Shown piece after piece: positions 14,997-23,512 of a stretch of 32,000 nt of DNA. The first letter of the stretch is position 1, and each line of letters opens with the position of its first letter. A program made the position numbers and the translations under genes. The notes under the pieces were generated by a model. It did no database searches. It was not told the DNA's origin and worked only from the letters and a program-made list of their open reading frames with translations. The stretch is from positions 1 through 32,000 of the forward strand of contig JAIRMU010000010.1 of the NCBI GenBank assembly GCA_031258545.1, written 5' to 3'. This stretch comes from Puniceicoccales bacterium. Lineage in GTDB: Bacteria > Verrucomicrobiota > Verrucomicrobiia > Opitutales > UBA9783.

Positions 14997-16193
14997 TCAA
15001 GAAAACCAAGAAGACAAACGTTTCCACAAAGGCACATGCGATGATTTCTTCGAGGAACCAATTTGCTGCTGCAATGCGTAATGCAACAAGCCAAAGCAGG
15101 TTGCGTAGTTGGGAGATTGCAATTTTTCTTCGGTTACGGCCAAAGGGCCACGTACGTAGCAATCGCACTGAAATACTTGGGTCGCCGTTTTTTCGATATT
15201 TTTCAAAAGTGCTCCTCCACCCGTTAGGACGCAACCTGCCAAAAGCTCCTCTTCGCGATGCGCTGACTTTAAACTTTTTTGAATGTAATCGAAGAGTTCT
15301 TGCGCTCTTGCCTGAAGGACAACGCGTACATTTTTAGTTTTCACCTTTTTATCACCAATTGCTTGATTGCCGACCATCCAAAAATCTTCTTCCTGATTAT
15401 CCATTTCAATTTGCGGGATACCTTGTTTTATTTTAAGGTGTTCTCCGTCATCCAAATGCATGCGTAACCCCGAACATAGATCGTAGGTAAAGCTTTTACC
15501 ACCCACGGGGATCGTCCCTAATGCGAAGGGACATTGATGTTTAAACGCAATAAATTCTGTCATTTCGGCCCCTATGTCAATGACACATACGCCATTTTCC
15601 CTTTCAATGGCCGTCGTCGTTGCCAAGGCGGAAGCTAATCCTGAAAAAACGAGCTCTTTTACGTGGAACCCAAACTGATTGGACATATAAATATGATCTC
15701 GAATGGCCTGCGTGTCCCCCAAAAGTCCGCAATAGTGGACGCTCAATTGATTTCCCGAATGGCCGCACGGGTTATCCATAACGCTATTGTCGACGGTATA
15801 ATATTGCTTAAAATGATGGAGAAACAATTGATGTTCGGGTAGTTGTTTCTCCATGGCCAACCGGTTAACGGCGATGACATCCTGTTCTTCAATGACATGA
15901 TTAAATCCCGTAAGTGGTAAATTGGCCGCATAGTGGATGTTACGTATGTGACTTCCCGTTTGGGCTAAACAAATGGCCACGGGTAGTGTTGCATGTTTTT
16001 TATTCAATGGACTCAAGCCATTTTTGAGCGCACCCGTTAAAGCCTTTGAATCTTCAATGGTCCCTTTGCGTACACCTTGGCTTGGAAAATCAACGTAATC
16101 CACCAGATGGATTGTATTGTCAATTCTGGCCAGCAAAAATGTGATATTTTCCGACCCAATATCGAGTGCTCCCAAGTAATTTGCCATCTTCAC
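14997..16193 (-). CDS. ftsA: Cell division protein FtsA
   Basis: 398 aa actin-like ATPase. Phosphate-1 motif ALDIGSENI, segment GGKSFTYDLCSGLRMHLDDGEHLKIKQG, C-terminal amphipathic tail LWKRLSSWFS like the FtsA membrane-targeting helix. Confidence 0.82.
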   Translation of the reverse strand: MKMANYLGALDIGSENITFLLARIDNTIHLVDYVDFPSQGVRKGTIEDSKALTGALKNGLSPLNKKHATLPVAICLAQTGSHIRNIHYAANLPLTGFNHVIEEQDVIAVNRLAMEKQLPEHQLFLHHFKQYYTVDNSVMDNPCGHSGNQLSVHYCGLLGDTQAIRDHIYMSNQFGFHVKELVFSGLASALATTTAIERENGVCVIDIGAEMTEFIAFKHQCPFALGTIPVGGKSFTYDLCSGLRMHLDDGEHLKIKQGIPQIEMDNQEEDFWMVGNQAIGDKKVKTKNVRVVLQARAQELFDYIQKSLKSAHREEELLAGCVLTGGGALLKNIEKTATQVFQCDCYVRGPLAVTEEKLQSPNYATCFGLLHYALQQQIGSSKKSSHVPLWKRLSSWFS

Positions 16194-16239
16194 ATCTCTT
16201 ATACGACGCTTTTAGATAATGCTTTGTTTGGATACATAA

Positions 16240-16839
16240 TCAAGGATTACCACGTTGGGAGAAAATTTTCTTCAGGATGCTTTCAACCGAGTCTTCCATA
16301 CTCAATTGCTGCGCTGCACCTTCAAACAATTTTTCCGCCTGTTTCCTCGCATAACCTAAAGCCATCAACGTCGCAATTACATCGTTGTGAATGCGAGGCA
16401 ATAAAGCGGTCGTCGCATTACTTTTTTCCACAGTTGATTGCTTTTTTAGAAAATCTTTCAAATCCAAAATAAGCCTTTGGGCCGTCTTTTTACCAACGCC
16501 GGGGCATTGGGACAAAAGGGTAAAATTTTCAGAAAGAATCATTTGACACAGATCATCCATGGGGAAATAAGCTAAAATGGACATGGCTAATTTAGGCCCA
16601 ATGCCGTTTACTTTACCAACAAGCAATCTAAAAAAATTCCTTTGGGAGGGATCCAAGAAGCCGTACAATTGCTGACTATCCTCTCGGTAAACAGCCGCCG
16701 TGTACAATTTGTAGGGTTCGCCCAAACGAAATGCATTCGATGCGTGATTGACCATCAATTCGTACCCTATGCCGTGCACGTCTAAAACCAAAAAACTTTC
16801 CCCCAATTCAACCAAAATACCTTCCACAAATGCAATCAT
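16240..16839 (-). CDS. ruvA: Holliday junction branch-migration complex subunit RuvA
   Basis: 199 aa. N-terminus MIAFVEGILVE...VLDVHGIGYEL and HhH motifs (VNGIGPKLA, CPGVGKKTAQRL). Confidence 0.9.
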   Translation of the reverse strand: MIAFVEGILVELGESFLVLDVHGIGYELMVNHASNAFRLGEPYKLYTAAVYREDSQQLYGFLDPSQRNFFRLLVGKVNGIGPKLAMSILAYFPMDDLCQMILSENFTLLSQCPGVGKKTAQRLILDLKDFLKKQSTVEKSNATTALLPRIHNDVIATLMALGYARKQAEKLFEGAAQQLSMEDSVESILKKIFSQRGNP

Positions 16840-17519
16840 GCCTCCAGAACATCTTGCATATTATATAAGCCGTGGGAAGGTTTTTTTTGAATTATCCATT
16901 CGATTGCATATAGAGCGCCTTGGGCAAACACTTTTCGATCTAAAACTTCATGTTTAAGCGATAGAATTTCGTCCATGCCGGAAAAAATGACCGCATGTTC
17001 ACCGCGAATACCTCCACCTCTTAGGGATAAAATAGGAATTTGCCTAGGTTGTCCCGATAGTAAAACTTGCCGTAAACTTTTTGCCGTTCCACTTGGCTGA
17101 TCTTTTTTAGTCCCGTGATGCGCTTCGAAAATCGTAACACTAAAATCTTTCAACGCCATGCCCGCCTGATAAGCCAATTTTTTAAGGATGTTGGCGCCTA
17201 CCGAAAAATTAGAATCGTACACAACTACTTGCCCTTTAGACAACTGAACCAATTGGCGCATTTGTGCTTTTGATAACCCCGTTGTTCCCATCACTAGGGG
17301 ACATTGTGCCCTCCGCACATTTTCAAGCATCTGATCGAATGCATCGGAGCTACTAAAGTCCACCCATACCAAAGGTCGTAGGCAGTCACCCACACAATGA
17401 TGCGCATCGTAAACATGAGTAGGCGTACCTTCCAACAAGGCACGTATGCATTTCCCCATTTTGCCACCGAACCCAGAGATAATGAGATGTAGGTCAGTAT
17501 TTACCATGCAAGGAATCAA
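16836..17519 (-). CDS. dapB: 4-hydroxy-tetrahydrodipicolinate reductase
   Basis: Nucleotide-binding GFGGKMG and DapB signature EAHHGTKKDQPSGTA. Overlaps ruvA by 4 nt and dapA by 26 nt. Confidence 0.85.
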   Translation of the reverse strand: MIPCMVNTDLHLIISGFGGKMGKCIRALLEGTPTHVYDAHHCVGDCLRPLVWVDFSSSDAFDQMLENVRRAQCPLVMGTTGLSKAQMRQLVQLSKGQVVVYDSNFSVGANILKKLAYQAGMALKDFSVTIFEAHHGTKKDQPSGTAKSLRQVLLSGQPRQIPILSLRGGGIRGEHAVIFSGMDEILSLKHEVLDRKVFAQGALYAIEWIIQKKPSHGLYNMQDVLEA

Positions 17520-18393
17520 AAACGTCGTTTACAAGGTCTACGCTTGTTTCCAACAAAGGACTCAAAGGTAAACGAACTTCCGGACTCGCAATTAATCCAG
17601 CTCTGTGCAAAAATTGCTTAATGGGAACGGGATTCGTTTCAACCGTTAAAGCTCTGAAAAATGGATAAAATAGACGATTAATATCGGCGGCCGCTTCTAG
17701 ATTATTCGATAAAGCATAATCCATCATTTTTACCAATGGTTGGACGGCCAAATTGGACGCAACACTGATGATACCTCGTGCACCCAATGCAAAGAAAGGG
17801 AGGGTCAGTGAATCATCCCCGCAAAATACGCAAAAATCTTTGTCCAAAGCCTTGACAATTTGAGAAACCCGATTGCATGATCCTCCGGCTTCTTTAATAC
17901 CGATAATATGTTCGTATTTTTCACGGAGTCTTGCAATTGTTTCAACACCAATTTCTATGCCACAGCGAGAGGGTATCGAGTACAAACAGATGGGTTTTGT
18001 GGTGGATTCGGCAATTTTTTCAAAATGCATGCATAATCCAGGCTGCGTTGGACGATTGTAATAGGGGGCCACAACCAACATGCCATCCGCACCTAATTCC
18101 GTCGCTTCGCATGTATATTGAACCGCTTTGCGGGTACAATTGGATCCGGTTCCCACAAGAATGGGAATACGATGATCAACTTTTTTTATGATAAACTCTA
18201 AAACTTGAGCACGTTCCTCGTCATCCAAAGTCACACTTTCTCCCGTAGTTCCCAACAGAACTAAGCCATTAATGCCAAATTTTAGCTGATAATCCACAAG
18301 ATTTTGCAATGAATCAAAATCTACAACTCCCTGGTTAAACGGTGTTACCAGAGCTGTATAGACACCACGAAAATTTTTTGGATTTACCTGCAT
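17494..18393 (-). CDS. dapA: 4-hydroxy-tetrahydrodipicolinate synthase
   Basis: 299 aa. GVYTALVTPF and LLGTTGES N-terminal motifs of the DapA/NAL family. Adjacent to dapB. Confidence 0.9.
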   Translation of the reverse strand: MQVNPKNFRGVYTALVTPFNQGVVDFDSLQNLVDYQLKFGINGLVLLGTTGESVTLDDEERAQVLEFIIKKVDHRIPILVGTGSNCTRKAVQYTCEATELGADGMLVVAPYYNRPTQPGLCMHFEKIAESTTKPICLYSIPSRCGIEIGVETIARLREKYEHIIGIKEAGGSCNRVSQIVKALDKDFCVFCGDDSLTLPFFALGARGIISVASNLAVQPLVKMMDYALSNNLEAAADINRLFYPFFRALTVETNPVPIKQFLHRAGLIASPEVRLPLSPLLETSVDLVNDVFDSLHGKY

Positions 18394-18511
18394 ATATATT
18401 TATATCGTTTAAAGTTTACAATTCTTTAAAAATTTTTTCAACAACATTTATTCCTTCAATTTTAAATACGAATCCCTAAACGGCTGTTAAGATTTAATGC
18501 CACCGGCATAT

Positions 18512-19345
18512 TTACAAACAATCTGCTTGCAGACAACGCGTGGCAAAACGTTGCCAAACTTCAATCGGTAGGCATTCGGCCCTACAAGATAAATCGATGG
18601 CATTTTCCTGCAAAAAGGCTATTAGAGCATTTGCATAAATGGATTGCAATGCTTTACATACGTGACCTATCTGCTGTCGCCTATGCACGAATACGCTGCG
18701 TATAAACTGCTTGCAGGTGCACTCAAATATAAAAACCTGAGGGTTTTTCACTAAACTCAGCAACATAGAATCAACCTTAGGTTGCGGATAAAAGCATCGC
18801 TTCGCAACTGTACATTTATTTTCCAACCGATAAATTGATTGTAAAAAAATAGACAATGGACAAAATTGTTTTGAATTTTCTCTGGAAAACCATCGACCCG
18901 CCGCTTCCGTTTGTAGCATTAAAACCATTCGTGTGGGCAATTGAGGTAACTCCAAGATACGATCCAGCCAAACGCTGGCGATGGCGTAAGGTAAATTGGC
19001 AACTATTTTATAATTGGCATCATCGGCATTATGCAATCCAACGGGATACTGAACCGCATCCTCACAAATAATGCACACCCTATTCCAAGTATTGCGAATG
19101 TACTCAAATAAAATGGGATCTTTTTCAATGGCAAAGACATGTGTTTTTGCCTGAACCAAATCACCCGTTAAAGTACCACAACCAGATCCAATTTCAACAA
19201 CGACGTCATCTGCTTTGATTTGAGCCCATTTTAGGGAACGTTCCACAAATGTAGGATTCACAAGGAAATTTTGTCCCCATCTGCGTTTGGGATACATTGC
19301 AAGTCGTTTCAGTAAGTCTTTTGTTTGTAAAAGCGTTAAAGCCAT
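18512..19345 (-). CDS. rsmA: 16S rRNA (adenine1518/1519-N6)-dimethyltransferase
   Basis: RRWGQNFL, SAM-binding EIGSGCGTLT, catalytic NLPY. Confidence 0.9.
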   Translation of the reverse strand: MALTLLQTKDLLKRLAMYPKRRWGQNFLVNPTFVERSLKWAQIKADDVVVEIGSGCGTLTGDLVQAKTHVFAIEKDPILFEYIRNTWNRVCIICEDAVQYPVGLHNADDANYKIVANLPYAIASVWLDRILELPQLPTRMVLMLQTEAAGRWFSRENSKQFCPLSIFLQSIYRLENKCTVAKRCFYPQPKVDSMLLSLVKNPQVFIFECTCKQFIRSVFVHRRQQIGHVCKALQSIYANALIAFLQENAIDLSCRAECLPIEVWQRFATRCLQADCL

Positions 19346-19628
19346 ATTTTAACCCTATTTTAGGGCAAATTTACCATTACTAAATCTAAAACTTTAAAAG
19401 AATTGTTCGGTTGCACAAAATGCAAACACACCATTGAAATTAAAGACTTGAAATTGAATACCTCGCCATCCTGAAGTGTTTTCAAAATTGCTTACAATGA
19501 AGGATTTTATCGGGAACCCAACAAGCCTAGAGGAAGCTACATTTACCCGAAGACAACTTAAACTTTATCGAGAATTTTCTATTGTTTTACCTTATTCCAA
19601 TGTACCCCTTAAACGAAATTATACGTAC

Positions 19629-19667
19629 AAAAAAACAGAGTAACCAAATCCTCCTTGATTACTCTGT
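19629..19667 (-). terminator. Rho-independent terminator downstream of rpsU
   Basis: On the - strand: ACAGAGUAAUCAA ggaggau UUGGUUACUCUGU, a 13-bp stem including one G-U pair with a 7-nt loop, followed by a run of 6-7 U. It lies 47 nt after the rpsU stop. Confidence 0.8.
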
Positions 19668-19713
19668 ACATATGAATTTTAACAATGAATATACTTATTT
19701 TACCCAAAAAATA

Positions 19714-19914
19714 CTAAGCGGCATCATGTTTTTGACGTAGCATATTATTGAATGCGGCCACCTTTTCTTTTTGGCGTCTTATTTCGCAAGGTTTTTCGAA
19801 ATAGCGTTTCGCTTTTACCGCACGCAAAATCCCTTCGCGGTCCAACTTCTTTTTTAAGCGACGCAATGCCTTTTCCAGAGGTTCACCTTTGCGCATTCTT
19901 ACTTCTACAGACAT
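19714..19914 (-). CDS. rpsU: 30S ribosomal protein S21
   Basis: 66 aa, very basic. MSVEVRMRKGEPLEKALRRLKKKLDREGILRAVKAKRYFEKP matches the S21 pattern. Confidence 0.9.
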   Translation of the reverse strand: MSVEVRMRKGEPLEKALRRLKKKLDREGILRAVKAKRYFEKPCEIRRQKEKVAAFNNMLRQKHDAA

Positions 19915-19989
19915 TTATGCTCCCTTGTAATTAAACTGTTTTAAATATATGCATCGTCCTACGCCAAGGTCAAGTTTTTATTTAAAAAG

Positions 19990-21210
19990 TTACAAATTTA
20001 ATGAACTGCTGAACTGCATAACGCTGGATACGATACCTAACGCCAAAATACCAACGAGAAAAAATGCAAACCCCAGCGCGCTGGATGTAATGGCGTGGGT
20101 CAAGAAACGAAATTTTGCATCCAATTCCTCATTATGCAATCGATACACTTCCTTTAAGCTCTCATGCATGTTACCCGTGCTTTCACCCACCGTTAATATA
20201 TCCAAGGCTAAATCGGTAAAAAATGGGATATTTTTAGCTTTAAAAGCCACCGACATGGCCACACCATCGTTAATTTTATTGCGCGCTTCCTGGTACAATT
20301 TCCGCAGACAGACATTGCCAATTACTTTTTCGGTCAAACGCATACCTTCCGTCAAATTCACGCCGCTGCTCAACAAAGTAGACAGCAAATTCGACACCCT
20401 GCAAATTTCCACATACCTGATCAGCGTATTTACGACGGGTAATTTCAGGATAAAACTATCCGTCTTAAATTTTCCACTTGCAGAAAACTTTCGCCAAAAT
20501 CGAATGGCAATATAGCCCACCACTAGGCCCACAATAATAACCGGGAACCCATAAAGCAAACCGTGCGAAAACCCAATTAAAATGCGTGCCGGCAGCGCCA
20601 TTTCTCCGCCCAATGAAGTTAACATACGTTCAATGCGTGGTAACAGAAAAAATAAGAAAAAACCCACCACGATAATGGCAACAATGGAAACGATGGTGGG
20701 ATAAGCCATGCCACTCAGGACCTTTTTTTTCAATTGTTCCCGTTCCGTTAATAAATGAATAATCTCTTTGAAAACAGGCGCCAAATTTCCGGTTACCTCC
20801 GCAGCTTCAATGGGGTAAATAATATCTTCTCCGAAAACATTGGGATAATTTTTGAGCGCATCTCCCAAGCTCTTGCCTTCACTTAAATCTTTCCACAATA
20901 CAACCGCTAATGCTTTCTGATTCTGATCCCGAAGACGCGTTTGCAGAATTTTTAATGTATCGCCAATCGGCAATCCAGCCCCATGCAACTGAAAAATTCT
21001 CTTCAGAAACGGCAGCGCTATTTTGGAATTCAATTTTTTAACATTTTTGGCGGGATCCTTTTCGACCCCTTTCGCAATCAACACCAAATCGGAAGGTTGA
21101 ATCCCCTGACGTACCAACAATTGCAATGCCTGCTTTTTGTTTTTTGCAAAAATGAAACCTTCTTTTTTTCTGCTCTCGGTTTTATATTTAAATTTTAACA
21201 TCGTACCCAT
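19990..21210 (-). CDS. gspF: T2SS/T4P inner-membrane platform protein GspF/PilC family
   Basis: 406 aa with the duplicated T2SSF-domain organisation and hydrophobic segments. Its start overlaps the gspE stop (TAATG). Confidence 0.88.
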   Translation of the reverse strand: MGTMLKFKYKTESRKKEGFIFAKNKKQALQLLVRQGIQPSDLVLIAKGVEKDPAKNVKKLNSKIALPFLKRIFQLHGAGLPIGDTLKILQTRLRDQNQKALAVVLWKDLSEGKSLGDALKNYPNVFGEDIIYPIEAAEVTGNLAPVFKEIIHLLTEREQLKKKVLSGMAYPTIVSIVAIIVVGFFLFFLLPRIERMLTSLGGEMALPARILIGFSHGLLYGFPVIIVGLVVGYIAIRFWRKFSASGKFKTDSFILKLPVVNTLIRYVEICRVSNLLSTLLSSGVNLTEGMRLTEKVIGNVCLRKLYQEARNKINDGVAMSVAFKAKNIPFFTDLALDILTVGESTGNMHESLKEVYRLHNEELDAKFRFLTHAITSSALGFAFFLVGILALGIVSSVMQFSSSLNL

Positions 21211-22919
21211 TATTTAGACGCAGACGCCTCTAAATCGCCCGCAGAAAAATGCAATGCAGCTTCCAAACTCGTGAAACCACATTTTACTTGGTTCCATGCA
21301 GATTGTTGCAATGTGCGCATACCTTCTTTTAAAGCAATTTCCTTAATGTCATTCGCAGACTTATTTTTGATAATCGCTTTATGGATTTCTTCACTGATAT
21401 TTAAAATTTCAAATATGCCGACGCGTCCCTTATATCCTAAATTTCTACACTGATCGCAACCTACGGCTCTTTTTACTTGAGATGCATACTGGATTTCGGA
21501 TGCATGTACACCCAGTTGATTTAGCTGCATACGCAAGGTTTGTTCGGGTAAATTGGCGGGGGTAGAGCAATGCGGGCACAGGCGACGCACCAGACGTTGT
21601 GCAACAATCATTTCCACCGATGAAGTGATCAGAAACGGCTCAATGCCCATATCGACAAGACGTGTCAACCCACCTGCGGCGTCGTTTGTGTGCAGAGAAC
21701 TCAATACTAAATGTCCCGTTAAAGAAGCACGGATTGCAATATCGGCCGTCTCCTTGTCGCGAATTTCACCAATCATGATAACATCCGGATCTTGACGTAA
21801 AATATGCCGCAATGCACTGGCAAAACTGAAACCAATTTCACCGTGTACCTGTGACTGATTAACGCCTTCAATTTCATATTCCACGGGATCTTCCACGGTA
21901 ATTATACGTCGTTCCGGAGTTCTAATCCTACGGACGAAGGCACTGAGCGAAGTCGATTTACCGGAACCCGTAGGTCCTGTCACCAAAATGATTCCATGGG
22001 GCTTACGGATATTGTGATCAATTACTTTTAAATCCTCAACACTCAATCCCAAATCTTCCAAAGTCACGGGTCGACTTCCCTGACTTAAAAGACGTAGGCT
22101 GATACTTTCTCCATACATCGTTGGCAAAGTAGACAAACGAATGTCCAATTCAAACGGCCCCGAAGTAAAACGAATTCTTCCATCTTGAGGACGACGTTTT
22201 TCGGAGATATTTAGACGGGCCATAATTTTCAAACGCGAAATGATGGCCGCTTGAAATTTTACCAAATTTTCTGGCAATTTAATGGAAACTAATTGGCCAT
22301 CAATGCGATATCGTATTTGAATGGAGTTTTTCTGCGGTTCAAAATGAATATCCGTCGCACGATCCGTGACCGCTTTGGCAATAATTTCATTCACAAAACG
22401 AATAATGGCAGCATCTTCGTCTTCTTCTACCTCTACCTCATCTTCTGCACGTAAACTTCCTTCTAGATCACTGTCCGATAAGCTATCTGAGCCTACGCCA
22501 AAATGTTGAATAATGGTATTGGCGACATTTTGGGCAACCGTTAAATGCCAAATAGCCTTACGTCCACAAACCACTTCGATCCAACGGATCATGGACACAT
22601 CGGGAGGCCAAACGGTAATTAAGTGTAAACTGTCTGCATTTAAATCATTCTGAATTTCAATGGGTAAACATTGATATTCATGGATTAAACGCAGGGGTAT
22701 TTGGGTGGTTGCATCGCTGGCTATCTTAAAATTTTCTAAAAAATCGAGACCGTTTTCTTCCGCAATCAACTTACCTACAACGTTTGTTGAACGATCCAAC
22801 ATTTCTGCCAAATAATCCAAACGTTCGTGCCTTAACAGCTTTTGTAAAGTGAGCTTTTGAGACTCATCTAACCGTTCTAGCAACGATGGAATTTTAACCC
22901 TATGCTTTTGTAAATTCAT
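21210..22919 (-). CDS. gspE: T2SS/T4P assembly ATPase GspE/PilB family
   Basis: 569 aa. T2SSE N-terminal domain, acidic linker, Walker A GPTGSGKST, Asp/His boxes, tetracysteine CPHC...CDQC. Confidence 0.95.
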   Translation of the reverse strand: MNLQKHRVKIPSLLERLDESQKLTLQKLLRHERLDYLAEMLDRSTNVVGKLIAEENGLDFLENFKIASDATTQIPLRLIHEYQCLPIEIQNDLNADSLHLITVWPPDVSMIRWIEVVCGRKAIWHLTVAQNVANTIIQHFGVGSDSLSDSDLEGSLRAEDEVEVEEDEDAAIIRFVNEIIAKAVTDRATDIHFEPQKNSIQIRYRIDGQLVSIKLPENLVKFQAAIISRLKIMARLNISEKRRPQDGRIRFTSGPFELDIRLSTLPTMYGESISLRLLSQGSRPVTLEDLGLSVEDLKVIDHNIRKPHGIILVTGPTGSGKSTSLSAFVRRIRTPERRIITVEDPVEYEIEGVNQSQVHGEIGFSFASALRHILRQDPDVIMIGEIRDKETADIAIRASLTGHLVLSSLHTNDAAGGLTRLVDMGIEPFLITSSVEMIVAQRLVRRLCPHCSTPANLPEQTLRMQLNQLGVHASEIQYASQVKRAVGCDQCRNLGYKGRVGIFEILNISEEIHKAIIKNKSANDIKEIALKEGMRTLQQSAWNQVKCGFTSLEAALHFSAGDLEASASK

Positions 22920-22945
22920 GCAAAATGTACCCTCAATTTTGATGT

Positions 22946-23500
22946 TTATCCTTCGCCATTGAAATCACTGCCTTCATTGTCATACATACTCGCATCATCC
23001 ATCAGATCGCCACTCATTCCCCCCATACCCATAGCAGAGGTTTTCGTTTCAGTTTTTGCTACTTCTCTTTGTACGCGGACTAACCCTTCCGGTAATTCCA
23101 ACACCAACAGTGCCTTACTTTCATCGTAGGCGTAAAATTGTACGTGCAAATTGGGATCATTGTCTTCACGTCGAGATGATATCCAAAGTCCTTTTTGCGT
23201 ATTAACATCCGTCAGGCCAAAATGATAAATATTGTCTGCTATCTTCATGACACTGTGAAATTGATAATCGGCTGTCGTCAACGTCGATAAAGTAGATACT
23301 GTACTTCCACCTTGATTAAAATAAGCAGGAATAAAAGGAGAATTTTTTATAAGTTCTTCGCATGCTTTGCTTGGGGCCAAATGCTGCTCGCCGCCATCTT
23401 CTTCCGCATTTAACCAGCCACACACCCACAACATCAGGACAACGCATATTTGAAACTGCAACATGTATCGCCTAAAATATGTCTCGATGCTTAAATTCAT
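22946..23500 (-). CDS. Exported protein of unknown function between the secretin and ATPase genes; possible GspC/PilP-like secretin-binding component
   Basis: 184 aa. N-terminal hydrophobic signal/anchor ICVVLMLWVCGWLNA, predicted beta-rich middle, acidic Gly/Met/Asp tail. Assignment rests on position only. Confidence 0.4.
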   Translation of the reverse strand: MNLSIETYFRRYMLQFQICVVLMLWVCGWLNAEEDGGEQHLAPSKACEELIKNSPFIPAYFNQGGSTVSTLSTLTTADYQFHSVMKIADNIYHFGLTDVNTQKGLWISSRREDNDPNLHVQFYAYDESKALLVLELPEGLVRVQREVAKTETKTSAMGMGGMSGDLMDDASMYDNEGSDFNGEG

Positions 23501-23512
23501 TTTCTAGTTCAA

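Noticed and set aside
19497-19637. 46-codon + strand ORF (MKDFIGNPTSLEE...) in the rsmA-rpsU spacer.
   Set aside because: It lies opposite the local transcription direction, ends inside the rpsU terminator hairpin, and has no Shine-Dalgarno sequence or recognisable family.
19949-20515. Long antisense ORFs within T2SS and housekeeping genes: 19949-20515, 25359-25862, 26671-27033, 7386-7865, 1685-2146 and 16077-16472.
   Set aside because: Each lies opposite a confidently assigned gene and gives a low-complexity or motif-free translation. These are typical shadow ORFs.
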